A stretch of 63,818 nt of DNA, the filler included, from Guillardia theta CCMP2712 (taxonomy: Eukaryota; Protista; Cryptophyta), in the NCBI RefSeq assembly GCF_000315625.1. It is 6 parts of 6 records of this genome, joined end to end, with 100 filler letters (N's around TTAATTAATTAA, not from the genome) between each part and the next. Parts side by side here need not be neighbours in the genome. Positions count along the whole stretch, not along the records: positions 1 to 27,868 come from NW_005434668.1; 5 more parts are not named here. One strand, given 5' to 3'. Numbering within the stretch: the first letter of the stretch is position 1; the number at the start of each line of letters is the position of its first letter. Position numbers and translations under genes: made by a program. Below, piece by piece: positions 14,058-27,968 of the stretch. The notes beneath the pieces are model-generated. The model worked only from the letters and a program-made list of their open reading frames with translations, did not search any database and was not told where the DNA came from.

Positions 14058-14676
14058 CTACCAGTAGCTGTCGGTATCAGCGCAGTAGCTCTGCTTCCCC
14101 AGCACGTGGGTGTTTGAGGGGTGCTCCTTCCTGTCGGCCTGCTTGCCAGGGTCAGCCAGGAGGAGCGGAGGGCCGAGCTCTACGTGAGTCGGTGACAGCG
14201 GAGCTCGCAAGATCGACCGCAGGCCTGTCGAAGCACGAGAACTCAATCTATCGTCCGGGGGAGGAGGGGGGGGAGGAAGAGGAAGAGGAAGAGGAAGAGG
14301 AAGAGAGGAAGAGGGAAGTTTCGTACTCGTGTGATTGTTTTCTTCTTCTCCTCGCTCACCGTTCAACTCGATGGTCTCTGAGTAAACCTGTAGGGCAAGT
14401 AAGGAGTAGGAACACAAGGAGAAAGAGGAACAAAAGTAGGAGGAGGAGAAGGAGGAGGAGGAGGAGCAGCAGCAGCAGCAGCAGCCAGAACCGTACATGT
14501 CCGTCCCCCACGTGGGGAGCATGCGAGTGCATCCTGAGGGATCTGATCTCCTCCTCCAACTCCGCGTTCCTGATTGTCAGAGCCTCCAGCGTCTCCAGGT
14601 CCGTATCATGGGCCCTCGTCTGCTCTTGAAGATTACGAGGACGAGACCGGGGAAAAGGATGAGGACGAGCAGACAT

Positions 14677-14709
<33 letters not shown>

Positions 14710-15220
14710 ACGGAGAAGGCGAAAGCGAAAGCGAAGGCGAAGGAGAGGGAGAGGGAGAAGGAGAAGGAGAAGGATGTGCATGCGGAGTTCGAAAGCACCT
14801 CAGCCTCAAGAGCATCTCTAACTGCCTGCAGCGCTTCCATCAAGTTCGCTTCTCCTGCCTGAGACTCCTGCGACCAGAGTTTATCACTCGTCATCCTCGC
14901 GCGCCAGGGAGGCTGTACCTTCCTCTCCATCGACCACCTCAGCTCCTTCGCCTCAAAGTTGGCGCACTGCGCTCGATATGCAGCTACAAGGATATCGAAG
15001 GCCTGCGGGAAGGATGAGGACGAGCGCGCATCGACCAGCATGGCGCGCATACATGCTTCAGGTTCTGGTATGTGCTCAAGTCCATTCCCTCGATCTCCAG
15101 TATGGCTGTTTCGCCGAGGCTGGTGAGCCCGGACTTGTGGGAGTCCGCATGCTTCGGCGTTTCGGCGTTCTGCATGCTCAAGTGAAACTCCAAGGAAGGA
15201 GGAAGGAAGAGGGGGAGCAA
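14058..15220 (-). CDS. Multi-exon coiled-coil hypothetical protein
   Basis: Exon segments AFDILVAAYRAQCANFEAKELRWSMERK, EANLMEALQAVRDALEAEV and DLETLEALTIRNAELEEEIRSLR separated by repeat-rich introns. Confidence 0.45.
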
Positions 15221-17532
15221 GACACAGCACGAATGGACAAGAGGGGCAAGACAGAGCAGGAAGGGGCAAGAGGGGCAAGACAGAGCAGAAGGAGAGCAGG
15301 GTGGGGGGGCAAGACAGGCTGCATGCCTGCTCCTCTTACCTTCGATGCCCTAACGTGGGCTGCGATCTGCTCGTTTCTGGGGTTGTGGTGGCGCAGAGGA
15401 TCGGGAGAGAGGAAAGGGGGTGCACGAGCAGGGCTTCCAGCGGCTGCTGGGCTGCTGCCAAGGCTCAGCCTCGCGACCATCTCACGATCAAAGGTTCGGC
15501 TCCAAGGACGGAGGATGGAGAAACTGCAACATGTACGTCAGAGAACAAGATGTGCGCGATGTGGGACCTCTCCTCTCCTCGCCCTCTCCTCGCTCCTCCT
15601 GCCCCTCCTCGCTCCTCCTGCCCCTCCTCTTCTTCTCCTTCATTCCACTAGATCCCCTGTTCCTCCTCCCCCTCCCTCGTTCCTCCTCCCCTCCTCTGTC
15701 CTCCGGACGCTCGCCATTTCACTCCATTTCCGTTCCCGTTTGACCCTCGCCCCCGCTGTTTCATGTCCATCTTAACTACCCTACCACCTCAAAACAATAC
15801 CCACCCTTATGTCACAAAATTAGTCATAAAAGTACCGGTATCTTGTACTACCCACCACACCTTATGACCTGATTACCACCCACTACCCCCTTCCCGGCCT
15901 TGTTTTTGCCTGCTCACAAATAATCCAATTTTCGGGCCGGAAATGAAGGCAGGCGTAGGCAAGTAGAGGGTAAGGAGAACGAGAACGAGGAGCAGGAGCA
16001 AGCAGCAGGAGCAGCAGGAGCAGGACCAGGACCAGGACCAGGACCAGGACCAGGAGGACCAGGAGGACCAGGAGGACCAAGAGGACCAGGAGGACCAGGA
16101 GGCGCAGGAGGACCAGGAGTAGGAGCAGGAGGAGACGCCGAGGATGTAGATGAGATGATATGAGAGAAAAGAAGACAATAGAGGATGAGGAAGTCAAGGA
16201 GTGATGAGGAGGAGGGGAGAAGGAGACGGGAACAATCGCGGGGTCAGTCATGGACAGGGGAGTGGACGACAGAAAATGTATATTAGAGAAGTGAAGCCAT
16301 GAAGAATGGACAGCAAGGATTCGTTTGGAAGTTTCGGTGTTGTAGAAATAAAGGATGATCGCTCCACGTCTCTCATTTCACTAGATTCCTGTACGATCGA
16401 TACCTTGGACCAGCTAGTCGAGTGCGCTGGTCTTACTCGTCTTCTCGCGGCATGTTGCGCTTGTACGATCTGCAAACGTGTTATGGAGGCGAGGGGCATG
16501 CGAGTTGACCACCTGCGAGCGAAGACTTCGAGCCAGCCTCTGATGATCGGGAAGGGGAAGGAAAGCGTCAGAAGCAACTCGCGAGTGAACGAAAAAACGG
16601 AATAAGAAGAGAAAGCGATAAGAAAGGTATGCAAGGGGGCAAGACAGCAAGACAAGACAGTGAGTGCGGCTACATGTCGCCTTCGTCAGGCCTCTTTGGC
16701 TTCCTCTGACAACTCGCAGCGTCAGCCTGAGCTTGCAGAAACTTGTCGCTATCACCTTGCGCTCTGGCTCCACGAAAGTCTCCAGCTCTGACGGAGGGAC
16801 CTGGAGGACGCCAGTCATGCTGCGAGGACAGCATGTCGAGGGGGGGGGGGGGCGTGCACTGCTTACTATGTACTTGGAGTTCATCACAACCGCCTTTCTC
16901 TTCTTCTCCTCGAACGCTTCCAGGAGGCTCTGAACACAATCGCGCCGATCATGGGGCCGCCGCCATAAGTGCCAATCACCTTCGGTTTTGACGATGCTGA
17001 TTCTTCTTGGCCGTCCCCCCTCCTCTCCTGCACTGTCGCTAGGTCGCTGCTTCTTGCCGGCTGGTGGGGAGCGGATCAGGGACTGCAGCTCGGCTCATGA
17101 CGGCACTGGACCTGCCGCACGAAGCTCGGGACGCCCGTACTGTTGAGCATGTCCGATGCCTTGGGAAGGGCTCGTTTCTTGCTCTGACGGGAAGGTCACT
17201 CGGAACAAGATAGCGTCCTCCCCTGTCACCTTCTGCTGATTGCTCGCAGACGCACTGCTCTCATGCGCTTGCTCGGAGGATGTCACTTTCTCGTCCGCTG
17301 CCTCCTCGGGGTTCTAGCTGTTCAGTCACACGCCGGCACACAAGGAAGCGACAGAGACTCGCCTGCCGCTTGCTGGACTCGTTGCCCGAGCCATCACTGA
17401 GTGTCAAGGTCAGGCGCGAATAAGAAATGCAGACAGGAGTATAGTAGAGGCAGAGGAAGGATGAACGATGCGACCAAGACCAAGACCAAGGGAGGTTGAA
17501 CAGATGGTGAGATGAGAGTTGAGATCATCATG

Positions 17533-18086
17533 ATGCTGATCGCATGTCTACATGTTGATCGCATCTCTACATGTTGATCGCATGTCTACATGTTGATCGC
17601 ATCTCTACATGTTGATCGCATGTCTACATGTTGATCGCATCTCTACATGTTGATCGCATGTCTACATGTTGATCGCATCTCTACATGTTGATCGCATCAC
17701 TGCATGTTGATCGCATGTCTACATGTTGATCGCATCTCTGCATGTTGATCGCATGTCTACATGTTGATCGCATCTCTACATGTTGATCGCATGTCTGCAT
17801 GTTGATCGCATGTCTGCATGTTGATCGCATGTCTACATGTTGATCGCATCACTGCATGTTGATCGCATGTCTACATGTTGATCGCATCTCTACATGTTGA
17901 TCGCATGTCTACATGTTGATCGCATCACTGCATGTTGATCGCATCTCTACATGTTGATCGCATGTCTACATGTTGATCGCATGTCTACATGTTGATCGCA
18001 TGTCTGCATGTTGATCGCATGTCTACATGTTGATCGCATGTCTACATGTTGATCGTATGTCTGCATGTTGATCGCATGTCTGCATG
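17533..18086. repeat. 19-bp minisatellite (ATGTTGATCGCATGTCTAC)n, about 29 copies
   Basis: Tandem units with small variants (TCTC/TCAC/TCTG) and no spacers. Confidence 0.95.
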
Positions 18087-18262
18087 CTCCCCTGCTCTCC
18101 TTCCCTCTCCCCCCCGCCTCCCTTCTCCACACCTGTCATAATCCGCCAGGCCATCCATTTCCCACGTTTTTTTTGGGTGTAAAACCTGATTTTCATACTT
18201 TTGGCGGGTAAAACATGGCTGAAATGGAGGCTCACAGAGAAGGAGAGCTAACCTGATCCTCA

Positions 18263-18356
18263 CCATCATCATCATCACCACCACCATTATCATCGTCATC
18301 GTCATCACCATCATCATCATCACCACCACCATCATCACCATCGTCATCACCACCAC

Positions 18357-18433
<77 letters not shown>

Positions 18434-18640
18434 CAACCACCACCACATCCACAGCAGCAGCAGCAGCAGCAGCAGCAGCACAACCACCACCACATCCACA
18501 ACCACCACCATCCCGATGATCATCATCACCCCAATACTCATCATACTCATTATACTCATCATACTCATCATACTCATCATACTCATCATACTCATCATAC
18601 TCGTCATGTTCACCACCACCATCGTTATCATCATCCTCAC
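18263..18640. repeat. Mixed (CAT)/(CAC)/(CAG) microsatellite and (CATCATACT)n block
   Basis: Directly visible. Confidence 0.9.
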
Positions 18641-18947
18641 CGTCAAGTTCTGCTATCCTTTGCCTGCACCTAATTGTTCGTAATTCTTCGTAATCCTCAT
18701 ATTCATGTTACCCCTCACCTCATCCAGAAGAGCAGGAACGCAACTGTTGAGAACAAAAGTGAATCGAAGAGAGATGGAGAAGTGAACAACAACGAGGCAG
18801 CAGATTGTGACAGACTTCTTAGTGCTACATTTTAGAACAGGAAGAGGAGAGAAGGGGTGAAGGTAGATCGCACAAGGGAAGGAACTGTTGCGCTATAGAT
18901 CTCATGGAGCAGCCTCGCCCAAGCCCCTAGTGACTTCCTGGCAGACT

Positions 18948-20748
18948 ATGGAACATCAAGTGGGTGACCGTGTCCAGAGTCAAGACGGTTTCCGAGCGAC
19001 TGTAAGCTGAAGTTCAACGGCGGCAGGGCAGGGACTGACAGGAGGGTCGCAGGTCCAGTACGTGGGAACTGTCAAGGGAGCCAACCCCGAGGACGGCTGG
19101 GTCGGCCTGGAGTGGGACGCTGAAGGTAGGGGGAAGCACGATGGCAACTACAAGGGGACTAGATACTTCGAATGCGTGGATGGCTTCGGGTCCTTCGTTC
19201 GCCCTGACACGGTTTTGGCGAGTCCCCTCAGCTTCCAGGTCAGCCCCCCTGACGATCTGACCGAGGTGAGACGTTGAGATGGGGAGCAGGAAGCTTTCAT
19301 CTTGAAGTACGCGAGCGAGGATGCGGCTGGAGCTGAGGAGAAGATGGACTTCAGGTCTGCAGAGAAGGGAAAGGCTGCAATCGTCTGCGAGTTTGTGGGG
19401 AAAGAGCGTGAGCTGCAAAGGATGCAGAAGACCTCTAAGCTGGAACATGTCACGCTGATCGGTGCAAGGGTGCGCTCCGTCGGCGATCCAGCATGGCTGA
19501 AGGAAAACGCCTCGGGGGTGAAAGTCCTGATCTTGGATGACAACCTGTTCTCGTCCTGGGCGACAGTCCTTGAGCTTCTAGCCCACCTGCCCCAGCTGCA
19601 GGTGCTTTCTTTGAATGGCAACAGGATGCAGCCGCCCGATGCGGCAATCTCCAAGATGTTCGACACTTCTTCCAATTTCCAGTCGCTGACGGAACTGGCT
19701 TTGAAGACCACCAGGGTGGATTTTGATCAGTTAGACAGTTTAATGCACGCGATTCCAACTCTGAAGAACTTGAGAATAGCGAACAACAACATCACAAAGG
19801 TTTCCTCCAAGGAATCTCGGAGGAATTTCGACAGATGGCCAAAATTGGAGCTCCTGGATCTCAGCGACAACAAGATTGAGGACTGGAATGAAGTGCTACA
19901 CCTCTCTGAATTTCGACAGCTCCAGCATCTCCTCCTGAATGGAAATCAGTTGAAGGAGGTCTTCTTCGACAGGACTGAGAACTACGTCGATTTCCCTGAG
20001 TTGAGGACTCTAGCGGTGGCAAACAATCAGATCGGGTCCATGCAGAGCATCTTTGAGATCAAGAAGCTCGCCAACATCATCGACCTCAAGTTCCAAGGGA
20101 ACCCTCTAGCGCAGGAGCACGGCATCGTCGCCATGCGCAGCATTCTGATCGCCGTCATCCCTGGCTTGACTTCTGTGAATGGCAGCGAGGTCCGCAGCAG
20201 AGACAAGTTGGAGAGCGAGAAGTGCTACATCTCAACGTGCGTCAAGCACGCGGATGGGCGGAGTGTCGAGGAGATCGCAGCTTCAGACCCCACGTTTGCT
20301 GCCCTGATCAAGGTGATCGCTCGAGGGTCGTTGAAAGTCTCTCACCCCTTGCGCAGAAACATGGAGCCCCAGTCATTCAGGACGCGACCGCGCGATCCAA
20401 CAGCTCGACCATGCTGACTGTGACGCTCAAGTCCATGGCCTCGGACTCGTGCAGCAAAGCCCCCGTCACTCGAAAGCTACCAGCCTCCATGACGGTTGCG
20501 AACCTGAAGCGAATGTGCCAACAGCTCTTCAAGCTCGACGTGTCGAAACAGAGTTTATACGTGAAGTCGAAAGAGGAGATCGATGCATGGACTGGTACGC
20601 GATCTGTATTGACTTGCGGGTCACGTATTGATCGCTTTTCACAGCTGATTGCATGGATGACGACATGAAACCGATATCATTCTACATAACACAAGAAGAG
20701 TGTGATGTGCTGATGCAGGAAATTGACGCCGCTCTGTCCAATAGCTGA
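18948..20748 (+). CDS. TBCE: Tubulin-specific chaperone E (CAP-Gly, LRR, ubiquitin-like; multi-exon)
   Basis: CAP-Gly WVGLEWDAEGRGKHDGNYKGTRYF; LRRs (LELLDLSDNKIEDWNEV); UBL tail TRKLPASMTVANLKRMCQQLFKL...MDDDMKPISFY. Confidence 0.93.
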
Positions 20749-20917
20749 GGTATCAACTGGAGATTTTGGTTGTGAATAAATGAACAGACACAAAGGAATA
20801 GCTTCTGGATGACAACAACGGTGAACACAGAACAAACAACAAGTAGAGGACTGCCTTCCTCGTGGTGGTTCTTCAATGAAATTCTTGTAAACATGGCAGG
20901 CTCGCCGTTGCCTCATC

Positions 20918-22330
20918 TTACTTCACTTGCCGGGCAGCGTTGCCCGAAGGAAGCAGCGCATCTGCCATTGCATACGCTGCTGGTTTTCGAATACAAGTCA
21001 TCCTCGTCGCATTCCCCTTGAACCCTCTCTTGCGGATCTCGTCCCTGCTCGAGATCTCTGCTTCCCCGTTCGTCCCCTCCTGCAGACCCGTCAGGCCATC
21101 CTGATTCCCCATCCCTGAATTCATCAATTCGTTAATGTGATGCTCCCGTCGGTTCACGTCGTTGTGAACTTCTCTATGGATCTGGGGGGAGCACGCGCGT
21201 CACCGAGCATGCTCGTTCTCTTAGTTCATCCTCCTCACCTTCCCGTCCCGCAGATGCACGATGCGATCAGCGTAGTTCCGCAGGTGGATGTCATGCGTGA
21301 CCATGATCATAGTGATCCCGTATCGCTTGTTGAGGTCCACCAGCATGCGCATGACAAGCTCTGTGTTCTTCGTGTCCAAGTCCCCCCTGCACAAGAGATG
21401 CTTGTCAGAGGCTGGGACATGGCAGGAGCAGCTCATCACGTTGGCTCGTCTAGGAGGAGGATGTCCGGCCAGTTCACCAGCGCGCGAGCGATCGTCACTC
21501 TCTGCTGCTCCCCTCCTGACAGCTGAGAGGGCAGATGGTACATCCTCTCCTCCATCCCCACACTCTTCAGCAGCTGACGACATCGCGCGCGTCTCTCGGC
21601 CACGGCAAGCTCCCCTTGCAGCGTCAAGGGCAGCTCCACGTTCTCGATGGCCGTGAGCTGCGATATCAGGTTGAACGTCTGGAAGACAAACCCCAAGCGC
21701 TTCAGGCGCAGCTCAGCTAGCTCAGAGTCGGGAGTCCGATCGGAGATGAGCGTCTCGCAGATCTTGATCGTTCCCTTGGTCGGCCGATCGATCGTCCCGA
21801 TCAGGTTCAAGAGCGTTGACTTGCCCCCGCCGGAGGTCCCGTAGAGCATCACAAACTCCCCTCGTTTCACGCTCAGGTTCACCCCTCTGAGTTGAAGTCA
21901 CTGGATCTCAGACCTCAGATGCTCTGTTACCTCAGCGCAGCGACTCCTTCGATGCCATGCAGGTATGTCTTGTGACAGTTCTTTACCTCCACAATCCTCG
22001 TATCATCCGACTGAGGGCAACCTCAATCAACAACTTTTCCGAGGTGAGGCATCATTCTACCTCAACAGAACCGTTCGTGTCTTCCTCCAGGTATGTCGAA
22101 CTCTCCAACACAATCTCGTTGCAGGGAGCATCCATCCTGCGAACGCTAGAGAACAACCCTTCTTGGTTGACCGCGCCTTGTGTCTGCAAGAATGGTCAAC
22201 AAAGACTTGCAATTTCCCCTCATCCATCCTCTGTCCGTCCCCTTCCCATCTCGAGGTACCGACACTCTTTCAGTCCTCTCTTCCTCCCTCTCCTCCCAAT
22301 TTTCAGGTCTGCCGCTTTCAGGCTTCACAT
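20918..22330 (-). CDS. Stand-alone ABC ATPase of the LolD/MacB/FtsE type (multi-exon); start uncertain
   Basis: Walker A GTSGGGKSTLLN, GFVFQTFNLI, signature LSGGEQQRVTIARAL, Walker B/D-loop LLLDEPT|GDLD, H-loop VTHD. Confidence 0.9.
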
Positions 22331-23533
22331 GTTCATCCTACACCCATCCAAACGCATGTGAAACTGCAGAGGATACAACCGTCATCTTGAGCAGAAATCA
22401 GCGATCTGAAAGCCTCTAATCGCTAGTCCTCATCACTTGGTCCTCATCTCTCATCTCGTCTTGCATGCTTCTTCGCCTGTCCTCTCCTCTCCTCTCCTCG
22501 ATCCGCTCCCCATCCTCGTCCCTACACCATCCCATGTTTGTTCACATGTCCCCTACCCCCTCGACCTTTTGACCCCCATTTCAACCCATCAAACAACCCC
22601 TACCTCCACAATCCTTGTTCCTCTACCGGTATCCTCCCACCTACCCTACCCCCTCATATTCTTCCCCAACTGTATCATCTCCCCTCATACCACCCCCTAC
22701 CCCCGATATGTCCTTCCCTGCACCTCAAAGGTCACCCTACCTGCTTACTCACCTACCCCCTCCCATCCGACTTTCCATACCACCCTACCCTCCTCTCTTA
22801 CATCCTTGCAGGGTAAATCCTAGGTGGTAGAAAGTTGCTAGTGTACCAGTACCCCTTCTTTTTAGTATTAAAACACCCGTAGTATTGATGGGGGCTACAA
22901 ACTATCGCGTTCTTATCGCGATGGAGACGTCGGGAACGGAAGGAGCGGGGAGGTCAGGCAGGAAGGGAGCAGGGAACTAGATGAAGAGACAAGACAAGAT
23001 TGTTTGTAAGGACAACGATGACGTACAAGGACAGGTAGAATGAGACTCTTGCGAATGGTAGGAGACAGAACCTTGCTCGGGGGGCAGCAGTCGCGAAATT
23101 ATTGGATCTGCAAAGCACGTTGCGAAAGCGAGAGAAAACGAAGAAGATGATCTAAATCGCAAAGATTTGATGTTGAAGCAACTCTCTCTTTCAAGAAAGT
23201 TCCTTGTCGTGTCTGAATAGGGCGAAGCCATGAAAGCGACACAGACCGGACCGGGTCAGAGAGCAACAAGTGAAGCTATACAGTGAGGGAGGCCTACCGT
23301 GTCTTCGAAGCTGATTTTTCGGCAATACAGAGCTGTCAGAGCTGATGGAGGCTAATGACATGATTTCGACGTGTGTTGCATGTTTGACAGAGCATGTTGA
23401 GGCTGTGTGCAAGAGTGAGCAAGACTCCTGAGGTTTTGCATCAGCAATGGTAGAAAGTTGTCGAAAAAAGTTGGATAGGCTGATAGCTGTTGTCGGGCTG
23501 AGAGCTGTTTGAAGCATCATGACTTCTGTTTCA

Positions 23534-24434
23534 TCACTCGCCCTCCACGCGCGCTATTAACCCCGCAGACTGCCAACCCAGGCGTGACAGCAGCTTGTCC
23601 TCCGCTCTTGCCATCTCAGCCTGCGAGGGAAGGCCAGCAAGTCAGCGGAGGCCCTTGCGATGATGATTATGCGGCAGTACCTTGTCTTCCTCCCCCGTCT
23701 CATGGTCGTACCCGAGGAGGTGGAGGAAGCCGTGGACCATGAGGACCCGCATCTCATGCCGCAAGTCGTGGCCACGTTCTGCAGCCTGCCATCACAAGAC
23801 TTGGTTCAGAGCCGAGGAGCTGCAAGACATCGATGACCTGCGCTTCAGCTGTCTGCACTGAGATGACGAGGTCTCCCAGGATATCGTTGTCCGTCTCTTG
23901 AGGAAAGCTGAGAACGTCGGTAGCCGTGTCCTTCTGCCGCCATTTCTTATTCAACCCCCTTATCCAGACGTCTGAACACAGCACGATGGAAAGCTCGATA
24001 TGCTCGTCATAGTCCAGGTCGGATTCAGGGTTGAACACGCTCGAGATAATGCTATGAGCGTCCCAACGGAGATCCTCCACGAATTGTTCAGACAGGTCAA
24101 TGTCCTCCAGGCACATGTCAACTACGATTCCTTCTTCCTCTCCTCCCATCTGACTCCCATCAACTAGTTGTAGCGCCATGAATCGACTTCGCTCAATCTT
24201 GGGATTGACGACGTGCGGTTGAAACTTGCTGGTGATTTGCGATGAAACCAAACCGCACGTCGATCCGGCACGGCGCATTATCGGATGCAGCGGGAGATTC
24301 CAGCAGAGAGATCGCCATGGGCTAGCTGCTGCTGCTGCATGCCTCTGTGTCAACAAGCACGAGCTTACACATACCAACAAGCTCATCGCCACGCGCGCCC
24401 TCGATGCCCTCCCCCAAGATCTTCCGCCCCGCAT
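23534..24434 (-). CDS. ybeY: YbeY endoribonuclease with N-terminal organelle-targeting-like extension (3 exons)
   Basis: [25 protein letters not shown] and the spliced motif [12 protein letters not shown] (HxxxHxxGYDH). Confidence 0.9.
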
Positions 24435-24845
24435 GGCCCCAACTTTTACATGTGTATTCTAAACAATATTTTTCATTGTACAAATTAAAATAAAATATAT
24501 TCATATAATATATTATTTTGTACTAATTGTGCCGCTAAAAAACAGTATCTTGTACCATAATTAAAAGTAAACAGCATTTTACAGAGTTGTTCACGCTGCC
24601 ATGGGCAGTTGCAGGGTACGCTCGTCGACTTTCTGAAGAGAGGAGGAGGAGGAGGAGGAGGAGGAGGAGGAGGAGGAGGAGGAGGATTGAGATACTGATG
24701 AAGCGATAAGGCAAAGAAGAGTGTGGGCAGGAGAGCAAATCAAGGTTGAAGTCGGAGCTGGGTGAGGAGGGGTAGGTGCTCGATTTTAATTGGGTTCAGA
24801 TTTTCCTGATCGGCGAGAGAGGCAACTGAACAGAAAACATTCAAG

Positions 24846-26380
24846 ATGAACTTCGCTCAGTATCTTTTAGCACTGGGAATGCTCGTATCTGGCAGCATAA
24901 ACACAATCTGCACCAAGTATGCGGACATGCAATGTGTGCCCAACCACAGAATCTCCAGTCCAGCGGATCAGTGCCGGTACGTCAACTCAACTTCAAACTC
25001 GTCGGGTCCTTCGGGCGGATCGTTTGCTAGCGATGGTTGTCCCATGGGGTGCGAGACCTTTGACCATCCGTTCGTGCAAGCAGCAGGCATGTTCCTCGGC
25101 GAGATGTTCTGTCTCTTCGCACTCCAGGCCGTCTTGTGCTTTGGTATTCCTGTAGAGAGGAACCGCGACTACCCCGTCATGCTGTTCGCTCTCCCAGCAC
25201 TTTGTGACTTGGTAGGGACGAGCCTCATGTACCTCGGCCTCACCATGACATACGCAAGCGTCTTCCAGATGCTGAGAGGGAGCGTCGTTCTTTTCACTGG
25301 GATTCTCTCTGTGATCGTGCTGGGGAAACGGCTGGCGGCGTGCCATTGGACGGGGATGATGCTCGTGCTCGCCGGTGCATTTGTGGTGGGATCAGCTTCG
25401 CTCAAGACATCAGACACAACTTTGGCTCCGAGCAACCCGGTCCTGGGGAACTTGCTCATAGTGTCCGCGCAGTTTGTTGTCGGAATACAAATGGTGGTTG
25501 AGGAGAAGTTCCTCAGCAAGTATCAAGTGCATGCGTTGGAGGCTGTGGGGCTGGAAGGGGTGTTTGGGCTCCTCTACCTCAGGTGTTGGTTGGGTTCGTA
25601 TTCCTTTCTTGCTGCCTTGACGCTGTTTCAGTGTGGGCCTGGTCGCCATGTACTACATTCCTCTCGGCAACGACGTCTGCCAAGGGAGGCCGTGCGTTGA
25701 GAACGCTATCAGTGCAGGCCTAGAGGTGAAGCAAACCTGAAACCCCTTACCCTCCCGCCATCTGACTGCTCGTCCTGCGACTTCGCAGATCGCCAGCTCT
25801 CCTGTCCTCGCCCTGGTGCTGCTGGGGAACATTGTTTCCATCGCGTTCTTCAACTTCTTCGGCATCTCCGTCACCAAGTCGCTGAGCGCGACGCATCGGA
25901 TGGTGCTTGACTCCCTCAGGTCTTGAGCTCCGGCTGCGTCTCACGGGCAGGGCTGACGTCAGGGGGTCGCAGGACCATCGTGATCTGGGGCTTCTCCATC
26001 TTTGCGCGCTGGCAGTCCTTCGATCAGCGGCAGGTGGGTCGTGTGCGTGTGGTGGGACTTGCATGAAGAGACAGCAGGTGATCGGCTTCTGCATCCTCTT
26101 CGCTGGCTCCATGATTTACAACGAAGTCATCCGCCTTCCCTTCGCCAAGGAGGAGGTACAAGCCTGGCCTGCCCCCGACACGTTTGCGCACATTGACTTG
26201 TGACCTCCAGCCCTGGCCGGAGGCTGAGGTGAACATCAGGGAGAATGCAGTGAAATACATTTACGAGGATTCTGATGCTGAAGAGAACGAGGTGCGGCAC
26301 ATGATCGACCTAAGGCTTCATGCTGACCAGGCTTATGTTTCCCCGTGCAGGCACTGCTGAATGAGCACGATCGTCCGTGA
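24846..26380 (+). CDS. SLC35F6-like drug/metabolite (nucleotide-sugar) transporter (multi-exon)
   Basis: FDHPFVQAAGMFLGEMFCL, ALPALCDLVGTSL, ASVFQMLRGSVVLFTG, QMVVEEKFL, VGLEGVFG, FFNFFGISVTKSLSATHRMVLDSLR. Confidence 0.88.
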
Positions 26381-27590
26381 GTGACGACTGGGTCACGTGA
26401 CGTCAGCAGACCGTACAGCTGGAGATATTGCTTGGCAAGATGTGAGGGAGTGAATGAGTGAATAAAGAATGATGTCTCATGATGCTTGAAAGACGGCACT
26501 GTGACCGTCCGACAAGACACTGTGCGCAGCCCGCGGCGGCCCGGCGCCGCCGCAGCGCTCAGCCGCTGAGCAGCAATGGCGCCAGTAGTAGCACTGACTG
26601 AATGAATCCGAGGTGAGCCTTGCACACGGTGACCCATTGGCGGCTGACTCCAACTTCCAGTAGTCACTGCCGCAGTGCTCACTGTAGGGCTTCAGTGGCA
26701 GTCACGGTGGCCGGCCCGGGCCCGGGACGGTGTGAAAGAGACCCTCGTCCCCGCTGCCATGTTCGCTCCATCGGGGAGGCGGCCGCACCTCTACCCCCGG
26801 TCACCGGTGCCAAGTTGATAGAATACCCGGGCCTGGCACCCTGTAGGCCTCCTTCCTCTGCTCAATCCTCTTCTATACGCTGGCCGCAGTGTGAATCACC
26901 GGGCCCGGCCCGGCCCGGGCAGCCGTGGCCCCCGCGGCGGGCCGGGCCGGCCGCTCCGAACTTCGGAAGCCAAGTTCCGGGCCCAGGGGGGCCGACACAA
27001 GCTCCGACTCCGAGCGATGAGCCCGTGACGCCGGTACCGCGATACTGGCTTACTCAGGCTGCTACCGTCCGATCGGGGCCCCCCCGGTTGCCCCACCCCG
27101 CGACTGGCCTCTGGACTGAGATTCGTAGATCATCGGCAGCTACTGAGGGCACGGCGGCGCCGTACGCCGGGCCGCCGCCCATTCTGGAGTCATTCCGAGT
27201 TGGTTTGAATGGAATTTTCAAGGGGGTGTGGGGCATGGGAAACAGGGGGTAGTCATTCGCGGCCTGGCCGCCATGATCATCGGATCCTGATTGTCAGTTT
27301 CCTGTGCTGGCAATCTCGGATTAAACTCATACGATTTTCAACGGTAACGGTTACCCATCATCGGATGCCCGGGGCATGACTTGATCATAGTACTACCTGG
27401 TTCTTGTTTAGATCTAGAGCAGCATCATTCAGAACCGTTTTGAACCGGCGGCCGCGTGACTGCCGGGCACTGCGGCACTGAGATGACTCCGGAGGCTCGT
27501 TGTTCTGCCGGGGCCCGGCCGTGAGAGTCAAGCCCGGCCTGAAGGCTTAGTAGGGTCACTATGATACCTGACTCTGATCTAGATCTAGAA

Positions 27591-27738
27591 CAGCGTCTAG
27601 ATTATCAGCGTCTAGATTATCAGCGTCTAGATTATCAGCGTCTAGATTATCAGCGTCTAGATTATCAGCGTCTAGATTATCAGCGTCTAGATTATCAGCG
27701 TCTAGATTATCAGCGTCTAGATTATCAGCGTCTAGATT
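27591..27738. repeat. 15-bp tandem repeat (CAGCGTCTAGATTAT)n, about 10 copies
   Basis: Perfect tandem copies. Confidence 0.95.
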
Positions 27739-27868
27739 TTCTGCCTGGCATATTGGTTACTTCCCTGTAGGTCCTCTCCTAAGCTTTTGTTGCCCCAGCC
27801 CAGGCTTTGACCACCCGCTTCCTCTACTCTCCCTCCCTTCCCTCCCCTCCCTCCCTCCCTCCCTCCCT

Positions 27869-27968
27869 NNNNNNNNNNNNNNNNNNNNNNNNNNNNNNNN
27901 NNNNNNNNNNNNTTAATTAATTAANNNNNNNNNNNNNNNNNNNNNNNNNNNNNNNNNNNNNNNNNNNN
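27869..27968. other. Artificial contig-join linker N44-TTAATTAATTAA-N44 (also 41245-41344, 56574-56673, 60228-60327, 62554-62653)
   Basis: Identical six-frame-stop spacer centred in 100-nt N blocks. Plain 100-N scaffold gaps occur at 3396-3495, 7127-7226 and 34189-34288. Confidence 0.97.

Noticed and set aside
26500-27560. GC-rich CCGGG/GGCCG region (similar to 3270-3395) with a 210-aa ORF
   Set aside because: No recognisable protein or termini; probably non-coding or repetitive sequence near contig ends.
27869-27968. TTAATTAATTAA palindromes as biological sites
   Set aside because: They are artificial concatenation linkers. This also means the ART gene and the transposon contig cannot be treated as linked to the ISG12 island.
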